Below, piece by piece: positions 6,591 through 16,513 of a stretch of 21,353 bases of DNA (positions within the stretch are counted from its first letter, which is position 1; each line of letters begins with the position of its first letter). Location of the stretch: the UHGV virus genome UHGV-0019869; one strand, written 5' to 3'. A program made the position numbers and the translations under genes. This DNA is from a virus. The notes under the pieces are model-generated. The model did not search any database, was not told the DNA's origin, and saw only the letters and a list, made by a program, of their open reading frames with translations.

Positions 6591-8710
6591 CTGTCACTAG
6601 CGAGCCATGTAATAATCCCCGTGCGGGCAATGGTTTTTGCTTCATCTGTTGATAAGGTTTTCTCCCATCTCTTAAATGCCCCAGATTGCATCAGTTTCCT
6701 TTCTATTACGCGTCTCACTTCTGCTCTGTCTACAGGTGCGTTTTGCAGGCGAAATAGCATTGATTTAAACTCAGGAGAAGACAGTAGAGCATCAGCAGCC
6801 TTTATCCTGCTTGTTTTCCCTGACATCAATGCTGACGTTATCACCCCTGTTGCACCTACACCAGGAAGACCAGATAAGCTTGTAATACCTTCCGCCGCAG
6901 CAGCTTTTGAGGCTATTCCATAAATTTTTGCGAGACTACCCTTTTCTTTCAGAAAGTTATTAACTTGCTGATCCACAAGACTACTAGCATACTGCTTACC
7001 AGTATTGAGTCTATTCATAGCCTTAGCTGCTTGATAAATCGTATCAAGGCGCTTTGATGCATCTGTGCCAATAGCATCACGGAGAGCCTTCATATTGGCC
7101 CCATTGCGTGACATTCCGTTATACCATTTTACAAATCCATCAACCCCTAATTGCTGACCTGGTGATTTAGCATAGCTGGTAAATGCTTTATTCATTGAGG
7201 TGAGCGCAACTTCCTGCCGCATATCCTTTGGAATTGACTTCATTAATTGCCTAAAGTCACCACCGTTTCCTTTTGCCATATTAACAACGGCACTTTCAAC
7301 TTTTGGAATTGCTGATTGCTGAAGTTTTCTACCCAAAACGGTTACGGCATCATCTTCAATGGATTTTCGTGTTTTTACCAACTCCTTACCAAGCGTCCAT
7401 AACTCCCCTGCGCCATATTTTTCTGCGACAGCCTGTTGGTCATCTGTTATAGCCGCATATAACTTTTTAAGAACACCTGTTTCTTCATCCTTGAATGGGC
7501 CAGAGCCTTTGCCAATAGCTTGCCCAACCTGCTTTCTAGCGAGATCTAAACGCCCATACGTTGGCAAGGTGTTTGGATCAAGTCGGTTCAATGTCCGCTT
7601 CATTATTGGAGATAATTCATCAATTCCACCTATATCATCAGCAAAATCCTCTAAAAAATTCAATGTATTAGTTGCCTCAATCCGGTCTCTTACAGGAACC
7701 TTTTCGGCAATTTTGTTGTAGATGTTATCTGACTGATTTTGTAATGATGAAATGGTTTTATCAAAATTATCTGCAAGCCTGTCAGAAACCAGTTGCTTAT
7801 CAAGGCTTCCCCCAAATGAAGTTATCATTTCATCAGCTTTTCTTCCTAATTCAGTAATAAAACGCTTATGCGCCTCACTAATCTCTGTTCCAGGGAGACT
7901 TGCCACTGCATTATCAAGAGCCCTGACAGCAGGATTATTAGAGATCATGCCTGGAGTGGCATAATTTTCCAGTTCTAGCTCACGAATAGCATTTATCGCG
8001 TTAAAATCAGGATTAACTTCATCGGCGAAATCTTGAATAGCTCGTTGCCCGCCGATAAATTTATTGTCCATTGCGCCAGCAGCTTTCTTTAACGTTGCTT
8101 TAGATGATTTACTACCCATCCCTACGGATGAGCGATAAATATCTCCGGCACTATTTTTAATTTTTCCTGCAATCTTCCCAAGAGCTGGACCAACAATCTC
8201 TGCTACAGGGCCAGCCACAGCGCCAATAGCAGCTCCAGAAGCAACATCGCTATTTGTTCCATTGGCTACAATAGCCCCTTCTCCAGCACCAAGCCCTGCG
8301 GCGGCAGCCAGCCTTGCCGCCCCTTTCGGAACCTGAGAAATAATCCCACCACCACTAACAAATGGTGCTGCTTGTCCAACGAACTCACCAACATCTTGTA
8401 CGGTTGATGGTTTTGCCGCTAACTTCTGCTGTAGAGACTGAATTGCGGCTTGCTCTTCTGGTGTCATATCCTGAAATAGACCAACACCTTTACCAACATC
8501 CATCAATCCACTGAGAACGCCATACATAAAACGGTCGAAACCGTTAGCATTATTAACAACATTTTCCTGTCTGGAATTTTCCTCTGGTGAAACCAAAGGA
8601 GATTGCTGCTGTTCTGGTTGGGCATCAAGCACAAAGCCATCAGGAAGCTGTGAGTTATCAGGCTGTTCATCCAGAACAAATCCCTCTGGTAAACCTACAT
8701 TGGTTGCCAT
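6587..8710 (-). CDS. Ejection (DNA transfer) protein, P22 gp16-like, 707 aa
   Basis: Last gene of the late operon, in the gp7-gp20-gp16 order. Gly/Ala-rich central region; N-terminal duplicated LP(E/D)GFVLD(E/A)QP motif. Confidence 0.8.
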   Translation of the reverse strand: MATNVGLPEGFVLDEQPDNSQLPDGFVLDAQPEQQQSPLVSPEENSRQENVVNNANGFDRFMYGVLSGLMDVGKGVGLFQDMTPEEQAAIQSLQQKLAAKPSTVQDVGEFVGQAAPFVSGGGIISQVPKGAARLAAAAGLGAGEGAIVANGTNSDVASGAAIGAVAGPVAEIVGPALGKIAGKIKNSAGDIYRSSVGMGSKSSKATLKKAAGAMDNKFIGGQRAIQDFADEVNPDFNAINAIRELELENYATPGMISNNPAVRALDNAVASLPGTEISEAHKRFITELGRKADEMITSFGGSLDKQLVSDRLADNFDKTISSLQNQSDNIYNKIAEKVPVRDRIEATNTLNFLEDFADDIGGIDELSPIMKRTLNRLDPNTLPTYGRLDLARKQVGQAIGKGSGPFKDEETGVLKKLYAAITDDQQAVAEKYGAGELWTLGKELVKTRKSIEDDAVTVLGRKLQQSAIPKVESAVVNMAKGNGGDFRQLMKSIPKDMRQEVALTSMNKAFTSYAKSPGQQLGVDGFVKWYNGMSRNGANMKALRDAIGTDASKRLDTIYQAAKAMNRLNTGKQYASSLVDQQVNNFLKEKGSLAKIYGIASKAAAAEGITSLSGLPGVGATGVITSALMSGKTSRIKAADALLSSPEFKSMLFRLQNAPVDRAEVRRVIERKLMQSGAFKRWEKTLSTDEAKTIARTGIITWLASDS

Positions 8711-10044
8711 TGTCCGTTCCTGTAAATAATTTTCTGACCAGTTTTAGGATTTTTCGCGGTCATACCTTCTCGAAATGTTTGACCGCCAGATGTTGCTTGT
8801 TGTGTCTGTTGTTGCGCAGGCTGCTGAATATCTTCATACAGCTTGGCTTTTCTGGATTGCAATTGCTTAGTTAGTCCGCTGGGGAGAGAATCTCCATAAG
8901 TTGAAAGATAATCATCCATTTGCTGGTTAAACTTTTCGCCTTCAGTATTTGCCATCAGTTTTGAGGTGTTGATTAAGTCTTGGACTTGCTCATTATTCAG
9001 CATCTTGCCGTTAGATAATTGGCTAACATAGTTACCAAGTGTGCCGAATATTCCATCAGTGCGTTTTACCTGCACTTGCTCACCTTCGCGTACCACAGAT
9101 TGCGGATCCAGCGATTTCATATAGTTGAAAATCATTCCCAACTGCGCGGCTGGAGTGTTGCGCTTCCCAAGGGCTTGTAGGTTGTCAGAAGCACTGCGCA
9201 TTGCAGAATAATTCTTTGAGAACCCATTAATATCACTATTCAGATCTCGAACAAGTTTTGGGTCAATCTTTCCGCTTTCCTGTTGTTTCATCCCTAATTC
9301 CTGCAACTTCAGGGCTACGTTATCATTATGCATTTGTGCCCGCTGAGCCCTGTCTAGTTGAGCGTTTTGGATATTTGCCCATCCTCTCGCGTTCTCCATG
9401 TCAGCCTGACGGATGCTTTCATCCAATCGCCCTTTCTCAAGTTGGCGACCAACCATCTTATCCTGATAATCCAGCATTTTATCCGGACCAACAGCCCCTA
9501 GCGTCATAGTAGTCAGCATGTGTGATAGCTGCTCTGGATTCTGGATACCTGTCTGAATCATCCAGTCAGCATTAGCACCAACGCGATTTAACCTGTCCTT
9601 GTTGTCAGTAATGAATTTACTGTAGGCTTCCGGTCCCTGAGAAAGAGCGACGTTAGCCCTCATGGCTAAATCGCCCATATCGTTACGTTGCTGCTCATTA
9701 AGACCGGAAAACGCCTGTTGTGCCTGTGCAACAAACGCTGGATTTTCCTTGGCAAACTTAAATAGTCCCGATGGATCACCAGAAGCCCATGCATCAGCGT
9801 GAACCTTATTGAACGCACTAATCGCTTTCTGTTGCTGTTCCTGATTGTAAATATCAGCAACTCCAGCCAGACCACGTAACGCGGTCAGACCAACGTTATT
9901 TGCACCTGAGCGAGCCAGTTCATTGTTTTCGCGGATCAGACCAAGCGTTGCGTTAATGTCGCTTGCCTTTGGCGCATTCTCGTTTTGCGCACCAATGCCA
10001 GCCAGAAAACCACCAGAATTAATACCCTGTTGCCACGTAGCCAT
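8695..10044 (-). CDS. Ejection protein, P22 gp20-like, 449 aa
   Basis: Position and size in the conserved P22-like order; Gln/Ala-rich product overlapping the neighbouring genes. Confidence 0.8.
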   Translation of the reverse strand: MATWQQGINSGGFLAGIGAQNENAPKASDINATLGLIRENNELARSGANNVGLTALRGLAGVADIYNQEQQQKAISAFNKVHADAWASGDPSGLFKFAKENPAFVAQAQQAFSGLNEQQRNDMGDLAMRANVALSQGPEAYSKFITDNKDRLNRVGANADWMIQTGIQNPEQLSHMLTTMTLGAVGPDKMLDYQDKMVGRQLEKGRLDESIRQADMENARGWANIQNAQLDRAQRAQMHNDNVALKLQELGMKQQESGKIDPKLVRDLNSDINGFSKNYSAMRSASDNLQALGKRNTPAAQLGMIFNYMKSLDPQSVVREGEQVQVKRTDGIFGTLGNYVSQLSNGKMLNNEQVQDLINTSKLMANTEGEKFNQQMDDYLSTYGDSLPSGLTKQLQSRKAKLYEDIQQPAQQQTQQATSGGQTFREGMTAKNPKTGQKIIYRNGQWQPM

Positions 10045-10054
10045 TGATTACCCC

Positions 10055-10747
10055 TTAAAACAACGAGCCAAGCAGACCAAGACCGCCGCCGATCGCAGCC
10101 CCCCACGGAGTTGATGAACCAATTAATTTCGCAAGTCCGGCCCCAGCAATAGCACCAGACGCACCTCCGCCAATAGCAGATTGCATTGCTGATGGTCTGT
10201 TGGCATTTGCCGCTGCAAGAGCCGCACTTTGCTGCGAAATCTGACTCATGTTGTTGGCATATGTCTGCCCTGCGTTTGCCTGACCTTGCAGAGCACCAAG
10301 CCCAACGTTTGCCAGATTCTGGTAGTTGTTCATCTGACCAGACAGCCACTGCTGACCAAGCGTTGGTGCGATTGTTGCTAACTGATTACCGGTTGCAGTG
10401 GAACCCAATCCACCTGTTGCTTCCGCTGCCGCCAGACTCTGATAGCGAGCCTGACCAGCAAGATCTTTGTACTGCTGAGAGTTGTAATACTGGTTAAGTG
10501 CCTGACCTTGCCCTTCCAGAGACGATAAGTTCTCGAGGCTGCCGACATACTTATCAGCCAGAGGAGTAAACGGCTTCAGGTTGTTCATGATGGTGTTGAA
10601 CTGCTGATTTTGCAGGTCTGCTGCATACTTCTGAGCTTTTGCTGCATACTTTGCGCTTTTATCAGAGCTGCCACCTTTCCCGCCTTTTTCAGGGCAATAA
10701 GGTTCCTCGCCGCGCAGTTTTCTGCCCAGCTTAAATGCATATAACAT
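10055..10747 (-). CDS. Ejection protein, P22 gp7-like, 230 aa
   Basis: Size and position match P22 gp7 (about 229 aa); Gly/Ala/Gln-rich. Confidence 0.8.
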   Translation of the reverse strand: MLYAFKLGRKLRGEEPYCPEKGGKGGSSDKSAKYAAKAQKYAADLQNQQFNTIMNNLKPFTPLADKYVGSLENLSSLEGQGQALNQYYNSQQYKDLAGQARYQSLAAAEATGGLGSTATGNQLATIAPTLGQQWLSGQMNNYQNLANVGLGALQGQANAGQTYANNMSQISQQSAALAAANANRPSAMQSAIGGGASGAIAGAGLAKLIGSSTPWGAAIGGGLGLLGSLF

Positions 10748-10749
10748 GG

Positions 10750-11208
10750 CTATCTCCCGTGATTCAGGAAGTCGATTAGTTCTTCGCGTGTTGCGCTGTA
10801 AAACGTCACGTCATCCACGCCTTTGAAGTATTTCTTGATGGTTCCTACACGCTTAAGGCCAATCATTGCGCAGTACATCTGACCGTGGCGGAATTTGCGC
10901 GCAGCGAACGATGTGACGCACTGAACGGTGGTGTTAGTCAGAATGTATCGCCAGAACGCCAGACCGATTTCCTTGCTGAATCCGCGAACCTCTGGCAGGT
11001 ACATGGCGTGGCAATCGAATGTCAGCGGCTGAATCTCCTGATAGTAAACAATGCCGCCGAACTGCCCGTGCACATTCACCTCAAAGTAACGGCAATCAGG
11101 TTTGTAGTCGTATCCATCACCGTTGTTGCTCCCGGCGATAATGTCAGGGTGATTTCCTACGGCTTCTATCAGGTCGATGTTTCGCGTTGGTTTGAACTGA
11201 ATCATCAC
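10750..11208 (-). CDS. P22 gp14-like protein, 152 aa
   Basis: Conserved position between the tail needle and gp7-like genes. The start ATG overlaps the upstream stop (ATGA). Confidence 0.75.
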   Translation of the reverse strand: MMIQFKPTRNIDLIEAVGNHPDIIAGSNNGDGYDYKPDCRYFEVNVHGQFGGIVYYQEIQPLTFDCHAMYLPEVRGFSKEIGLAFWRYILTNTTVQCVTSFAARKFRHGQMYCAMIGLKRVGTIKKYFKGVDDVTFYSATREELIDFLNHGR

Positions 11209-12158
11209 TGCTCCGCGATTATCTTGATGGTTGTGGCAGTAAACGCCGCACCATTTGACTGAATGGTTAACGTGCTGCCATTTGTGGCAAGAAAGCCGTC
11301 TTTATCCACGCTGAAGAACGTAGCTAACAGGATGTTATCGGTTGTTGTCGCCGAGTTGCGACTGCTTACCAGTGTGTCAGGAACAGATCCGGAAAAGGTT
11401 AGCTGCATTGACCTGTTTGCGGTTCCGCTGGGCCACGTCCCGACAATCGACAGCTTGAAGAACAGGGTTTTGTTCTCGTTGAAAACAACCATCTTGTTGT
11501 TATCAGTATCGAAGAATGGTGCCAACGTCCCGGATGACGGCGTGAGCGTTTTCAGCAGGCTAACAAGGTTGGTCGGCGCTGTTGGAATGGTTACCGATAC
11601 TCCTGAGTAAACAACCTCTGATTTCTTGCGCGTGGTGGCATACTCAAGCGCAGATATTCTTGTTGAGTGATCACCAACTGTGCTTTGTAGCGTCGAAATA
11701 CTTCCCTCTGCCGCTGTGAGCCTGGTATCAAGTGCGTTGATATCGGTTGTATTCTGAGTTATTCGCGCATCATGGTTTGCTAACTCAGATTCATTGGCAG
11801 CAATTCGCGTCTCGTGATCAGCCAGCTCTGTTTCGGCAGCCGTAATCCTTGTTTCATGATCTGCAAGAGTGCTTTCCGCTGCTGCGATTCTATGTTCATG
11901 ATTGACGAGAATTGCTTCAGCAGCAGCAATTCTTGATTCATGGTCTGCAAGAGTGACATCCTGCTCATCATTCTTCACCTGTGCATCATAAGCCCCCTTC
12001 CCTGCTTCGTTGGCCTTGTTAGCCACGTTACCAACATCAGCACCCTGTGCGATAACGTACAGCAGATATGACTGCGAGAAGATATTGCGTGGAAGGACTG
12101 ATGTGTCGAGTCGTGTAGCCTGAATGATTACCGGCTCATTGAGATTCGAATCAGCCAT
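11205..12158 (-). CDS. Tail needle (P22 gp26-like) with extended C-terminal knob domain, 317 aa
   Basis: The N-terminus [43 protein letters not shown]...[13 protein letters not shown] resembles P22 gp26. It is followed by five tandem 14-aa coiled-coil repeats (ADHExRIAAAE-type) and a C-terminal domain of roughly 170 aa that P22 gp26 lacks. Confidence 0.88.
   Translation of the reverse strand: MADSNLNEPVIIQATRLDTSVLPRNIFSQSYLLYVIAQGADVGNVANKANEAGKGAYDAQVKNDEQDVTLADHESRIAAAEAILVNHEHRIAAAESTLADHETRITAAETELADHETRIAANESELANHDARITQNTTDINALDTRLTAAEGSISTLQSTVGDHSTRISALEYATTRKKSEVVYSGVSVTIPTAPTNLVSLLKTLTPSSGTLAPFFDTDNNKMVVFNENKTLFFKLSIVGTWPSGTANRSMQLTFSGSVPDTLVSSRNSATTTDNILLATFFSVDKDGFLATNGSTLTIQSNGAAFTATTIKIIAEQ
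11753..11960. repeat. Imperfect 42-bp tandem repeats (about 5 copies) inside the tail-needle gene, encoding the trimeric coiled-coil heptad repeats
   Basis: Repeated units of the type gcagcagcaattc...catgatc(a/t)gcaagagtg are visible in the DNA and correspond to the repeated LADHE(S/T)RI(A/T)AAE peptides. Confidence 0.6.
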
Positions 12159-13576
12159 TACTCGATCCTTATCTGGCAGCCTGACAGAGTGACAGGTGAC
12201 TTAGTGATAACGCGCAATTTGAAGCCGACATTTTTCCTTATTCGCCCGACGCGCTTCCACAAAACGCGTTTGTCGTAAACGAACGGTTCATTCTGCTCAA
12301 TCATCTGCTCACGCCCGTAATTGATGCCGTCAGTGGTTGCAGAGAGAAAAAGGCGGTCGGCGTACTGCGCAACGCCAGTTGACGATTCAACCTCAAAGTC
12401 AAACACTCTGGCGTTATCCGCTTTGAACAACGGAGTAAACAGCAGGTGTTCCTGCTGCTTGTCGTACTGGCTGCTGATATCGAACTGCAATTTCCCGGTC
12501 ACCGATTCCAGCTTATCGCCGCACGTTATCTGATTTCCTTCGTAAATGAAGTCGATAGCGCGGTACACATCGTCATACAAGCCTGTTTTCAGTACACACC
12601 ATTGCGGACCATTGGCGCTTGAAGATGCGTCGTAAACAAGAACATGGCGCGGAAGGTGGATAATCAGCAATTCATGAGCATCAAACCGCAACGATTCCAT
12701 CACGCCATCAGCCAGTTCATCAGCAGTGTAGGAGCGGAGGATTTTCTCAATGCTCGCGCTGGCGATTGGTGATACCTGACCTGATCCGATGATGTATACA
12801 GACGGCGCACCCGTTGCCGGATTGCTGATAAACGCATACGAATCAGCAAACGGCGTTTTGCAGTAAGTTCCGGCAATGCCTTTCTGCACCATCAGCGATG
12901 GCTGTGCGACATACAAAGCGGCACCAACGGTGGTTGCCCCCGTCAGGGAGAAATATTCAATCGTCGATGAACCAAAGCAGACGATGAAGTCTCGCCATGT
13001 TCCGATGCCGATGATGCCGTCAGGCTGAGACTCGGCACGATATTGTGCGCTGTAACGGTCAGGATGTGATTCGTCTTCAAGGTCAGTGATAAACCATGAA
13101 TCAGTTCCGTCTTTTGACCACGCATAACGCCCACGTAAGCGCGTAATATCGCGGACTGAACCTAACTCATACTGAGTGAATCCGCTGTCTGTAGGCCAGT
13201 TTGAGACTGTTTTAACCGTGCCATCATAGCGATACTCGACCAGTCGACCATTAACGCCTACCGCCTGTGATGTCCGACCATGCGCCATTGATACACGACC
13301 ACTTCCGGCGACATCACCGACTTCGCTTTCGCCTTTGTAGAGCTTGCCGCCACACACACGATAAACAGCATTCTGCGCCATGTTGTACTCGACGCCGCGC
13401 GATACGCCGTTTACATCAGAGCGTTTGGCAATGCCCGGGAATGAGCGAAGATATCCGCTGCTGTTGAGGATTTCTTTGGGTGTAGCCAACATATTCACTG
13501 GCAGATAGTCGATATAGTCGGCGTTTCGAAAGTCTTTGCCGACACCTTTCATAAGCGGAAGTTGCTGAATTGGCAT
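12158..13576 (-). CDS. Head-completion / tail hub protein, P22 gp10-like, 472 aa
   Basis: Same length as P22 gp10 (472 aa) and the conserved position after gp4. Confidence 0.85.
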   Translation of the reverse strand: MPIQQLPLMKGVGKDFRNADYIDYLPVNMLATPKEILNSSGYLRSFPGIAKRSDVNGVSRGVEYNMAQNAVYRVCGGKLYKGESEVGDVAGSGRVSMAHGRTSQAVGVNGRLVEYRYDGTVKTVSNWPTDSGFTQYELGSVRDITRLRGRYAWSKDGTDSWFITDLEDESHPDRYSAQYRAESQPDGIIGIGTWRDFIVCFGSSTIEYFSLTGATTVGAALYVAQPSLMVQKGIAGTYCKTPFADSYAFISNPATGAPSVYIIGSGQVSPIASASIEKILRSYTADELADGVMESLRFDAHELLIIHLPRHVLVYDASSSANGPQWCVLKTGLYDDVYRAIDFIYEGNQITCGDKLESVTGKLQFDISSQYDKQQEHLLFTPLFKADNARVFDFEVESSTGVAQYADRLFLSATTDGINYGREQMIEQNEPFVYDKRVLWKRVGRIRKNVGFKLRVITKSPVTLSGCQIRIE

Positions 13577-13585
13577 TTATTCACC

Positions 13586-14047
13586 TCACGTACTCGAATC
13601 ATCTTTCTCGATGTAAAACCGATTCCACGTAAACGCGCTTTTGTTACCACTACCGCGAGGCATGTCATTTCGCCGCTCAAGTGGTGGTATTTTGGTTAAA
13701 GCGATACAGATTGTTTGATATGCACTGTCAGCAGCGGTAAGGAGAGCGTCTGACGGCTGAATGACGTTATCCATGCACACTTGCACAGCGAGTTTCAAAG
13801 CGACGCCATCATTTGCCCATGCAGGGATACCTGAATCATCGTCAGGTAACGGCATGATGCCGTTTTCTGTATCAGCAAACTGATACCCAAGCTCGATACC
13901 TTTCTCCTGCCATGCTGCCATCATGTCTTCGAGGTCATTAATGGCATCTTCAATTGCCTGAGGGTCAGCATCTATCAACGTGGCATTGGAATACAGCCCG
14001 GCTTTTCGTAAAGCCTTAAGAACGAGATCACCCTTCGTTTTCGCCAT
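13586..14047 (-). CDS. Head-completion protein, P22 gp4-like, 153 aa
   Basis: The N-terminus MAKTKGDLVLKALRKAGL resembles P22 gp4 (KTKGDLV...ALRK). Conserved position. Confidence 0.85.
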   Translation of the reverse strand: MAKTKGDLVLKALRKAGLYSNATLIDADPQAIEDAINDLEDMMAAWQEKGIELGYQFADTENGIMPLPDDDSGIPAWANDGVALKLAVQVCMDNVIQPSDALLTAADSAYQTICIALTKIPPLERRNDMPRGSGNKSAFTWNRFYIEKDDSST

Positions 14048-14216
14048 CTTCTTCCGCCTTAGCCACTTTTTGCTTCGTTGCGGTTTCTTCAGGGGTTTTT
14101 ACCCAGCCTTTTTTCAGGTGAGATTTAACTTCTTCGTCATCAACAATGATGTAATCGACAGCAAACTGACCACAGGTGATCATGTTGCCAGGCTTATAGA
14201 GCATTGTTCGTGCCAT
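14028..14216 (-). CDS. Small conserved hypothetical protein between the coat and gp4-like genes, 62 aa
   Basis: The ATG at 14214-14216 is preceded by GGGAGAAG. P22-like phages carry a small ORF at this position. The ORF track's longer 74-aa version starts inside the terminator hairpin. Confidence 0.5.
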   Translation of the reverse strand: MARTMLYKPGNMITCGQFAVDYIIVDDEEVKSHLKKGWVKTPEETATKQKVAKAEEDGENEG

Positions 14217-14227
14217 TGTCTTCTCCC

Positions 14228-14250
14228 AATAAAAATGGGGCCGAAGCCCC
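14228..14250 (-). terminator. Candidate partial terminator or attenuator hairpin immediately after the coat gene (GGGGC stem, UUCG tetraloop, then AUUUUUAUU)
   Basis: ggggccgaagcccc at 14237-14250 with an A-run at 14231-14236 on the plus strand, which is a stem-loop plus U-run when read on the minus strand just downstream of the coat stop. Confidence 0.45.
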
Positions 14251-14257
14251 ACTAAAA

Positions 14258-15511
14258 TTACTGCCCGGCAATAACGATGCCCGTATATTCAGGAACCAGT
14301 ACAGAGCAACCGTACAGAGTGGTGAAACGCGCAGTGGTTACGCCTTTGATATGGTCGAAGGCGTAAGACATGATCAGCGTAGCGCCCTGCTCGGTGGTTG
14401 CTGTCATTACCTGTGGACCCTGACCAGTCGGGAACGCCAGTTTGCCGTACATCAGTTCAACAGAACCATCAGCCCAGAACAGGTTAGCCGGTGCGGCATT
14501 TTTGTTGAGAATGGTAATTGCTGCACCATTTGCCGCGTTAGCATCAACGTTTGCATATGGACGGCTGGCGACATCTGCGTTGTCAGGCGGCAGAATTTTC
14601 GGGGAGATAGTTACTGTCGTTCCGCTTACTGCCAGAACGCGGAATACCTGCGGCTGCCCGGTGGTGTCTTTGGTGATCTGGTGTACAGAATTCACGCCAG
14701 CAATGGTGAACGCATCGCCAACCTGCAACCCAGATGCAGATACCGTAATAGTCCCCTGTCGGTTATCCACTGGCATATCGTTGGCATCTTTCGCTTCAAC
14801 CTTGTGCGCAGGTTCAGCCGCCAGCGTCAGGGAAGTTGCTGTACCCTTCGGAACACGACCAGAAATATCGGTCTTGTAGCTATCGAAGGACGCAACAGGA
14901 GGGATCTGCGCTTTTTCGTATGCTGTCAGGGTTGCGCCCTGAGCATAGGCACGGTGACCAAGCTCGCCAGCAAGGTCTTTGTAGTTGAAGGGGTTCCAGA
15001 AAGAGCGGCGGTTGATACCCTGTGGTACACCAATCGCCGTCATGGTGGCATCAATGCCTGCCGCACAGTTCCACAAATCACGGCCCTGTGAACCAGTGGT
15101 TGAGTCAGCCATTGTGATCACGTTAGTAGCACGCTGCGTGACCATGGAAATCAGGTCAGAGTCAATCTGTGCAGCAAGGCGCATACCTGCGGCGCGACCA
15201 GCTTCAGTTTTATGTTCCGGGTCACGCATTTCACGCGCATCCAGAGTGTACAGAATGTTTTTCGGCTCCTTGAACACAGAAGGAACAAGGCGCTGAACCA
15301 GTGCTGTTGGCGTTTTGCTGCTGAGGTCGAGGCCTTCCTCAATGTTCATGTGGTAATGCTGCGGACGATACAGAACATCACCTGCTCGCTGCATTGCTGT
15401 ATCACCGGGACGGAATTTTTTAGCGTTACGGGAAACTACGCAGGCGGCCTCAAAGCCTTCAACGTAGTTTTCGAACATGATTTCAAGGTCTTTTGCTAAT
15501 TGGTTAGCCAT
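14258..15511 (-). CDS. Major coat protein, P22 gp5-like, 417 aa
   Basis: Position after the scaffold gene and size. Local matches to P22 coat (MQRAGDVLYRP against MQRSSNTIWMP; FWADGSVELM against FWADDAIRIV). Confidence 0.88.
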   Translation of the reverse strand: MANQLAKDLEIMFENYVEGFEAACVVSRNAKKFRPGDTAMQRAGDVLYRPQHYHMNIEEGLDLSSKTPTALVQRLVPSVFKEPKNILYTLDAREMRDPEHKTEAGRAAGMRLAAQIDSDLISMVTQRATNVITMADSTTGSQGRDLWNCAAGIDATMTAIGVPQGINRRSFWNPFNYKDLAGELGHRAYAQGATLTAYEKAQIPPVASFDSYKTDISGRVPKGTATSLTLAAEPAHKVEAKDANDMPVDNRQGTITVSASGLQVGDAFTIAGVNSVHQITKDTTGQPQVFRVLAVSGTTVTISPKILPPDNADVASRPYANVDANAANGAAITILNKNAAPANLFWADGSVELMYGKLAFPTGQGPQVMTATTEQGATLIMSYAFDHIKGVTTARFTTLYGCSVLVPEYTGIVIAGQ

Positions 15512-15529
15512 GCTTAATGCTCCGATAGG

Positions 15530-16423
15530 TTATTTTTTTGCCTTTTTAGCGGCGAAATACGGCGTCCAGTCACCAGTTTCCAGCACCTTGGCTTTCAGTT
15601 TGTCGAGGTTATTGATTACTGCGCCGTTGCTCCCCTTAACTGTCGGGGTTGTGGCTGCCGTGGTTTTTGCTTTTGGCATGATTCTGGCCTTAGATTCGAT
15701 ACGTTCCAGCAGACGACCAATTGCTACGGGGTTGGTAGCTTCTGCCAGTTGCTTGCGCAGTTCAGCGTTGCGGCCGAGTGCCAGAACAACGATTTCCGGC
15801 TTCTCTGACTCAAGAAGGATCATGTCCTGAATGTGAACAGGAACATCTTCGCGTACAGCCTGCTCTGCATCTTGGTAGCCAGCCACTTTCAGTGCTTTTA
15901 CTCTATGCATGTAATTGGCTGCTTTCTGCTGAAGCGTTGCGGTACGCGCCTCTTCCTCTCGTTTCCGCTCTCGTATTTGCTCCTGGTACTTGCCGTTATC
16001 CTCTGCCCACTTAGCCATGCGTTGCTGATAGATTTCTTCATCGAAACCGATGTCCTCATCATCCAGTTTTGGCATTCGCGGTGGTTGAGTGATTACCGGC
16101 TGCTGCTCGACGGGTTTCTGAGACTGACGCATCAGCTCTTTCAGCTCGCGGTCTTTCTCTTTAATCGTCTTGCGCAGGTGTTTTACCAGTCCATGCTCTG
16201 CGCTATCTTCACTGGTTGGCGAATCCAGCTTTTCGTCACCAAAGTAGAATTCCTGTTCTGATTCGTCGTCATCAGTTTCAGTAGCTTCCTCTGCATCATT
16301 GCCGGAGGACTCACTGCCATCTTCTGTTTCGACTTCTTCAGCCAGTTCGACATCATCAGGAATCTGCTCTGACGCGTCGGTTTCGATTTCAACTTCTGGT
16401 GTGTTTTCTGCCATCTGGTCCAT
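15530..16423 (-). CDS. Scaffolding protein, P22 gp8-like, 297 aa
   Basis: Acidic N-terminus, charged coiled-coil middle and basic C-terminal tail. Conserved position between portal and coat. Confidence 0.85.
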   Translation of the reverse strand: MDQMAENTPEVEIETDASEQIPDDVELAEEVETEDGSESSGNDAEEATETDDDESEQEFYFGDEKLDSPTSEDSAEHGLVKHLRKTIKEKDRELKELMRQSQKPVEQQPVITQPPRMPKLDDEDIGFDEEIYQQRMAKWAEDNGKYQEQIRERKREEEARTATLQQKAANYMHRVKALKVAGYQDAEQAVREDVPVHIQDMILLESEKPEIVVLALGRNAELRKQLAEATNPVAIGRLLERIESKARIMPKAKTTAATTPTVKGSNGAVINNLDKLKAKVLETGDWTPYFAAKKAKK

Positions 16424-16513
16424 TTGTTACCCCTGTTTACTCGATGTTCAGCCCATCGGAAGGCAATAGGGTGCCAGGCCTCATAAAGACAGCCATTGCA
16501 CGTTATGGGTTAA

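Noticed and set aside
14204-15091. 295-aa plus-strand ORF
   Set aside because: It lies entirely antisense to the well-supported coat gene, has a Cys/Arg-rich composition and no RBS. It is a shadow ORF in GC-rich coding sequence.
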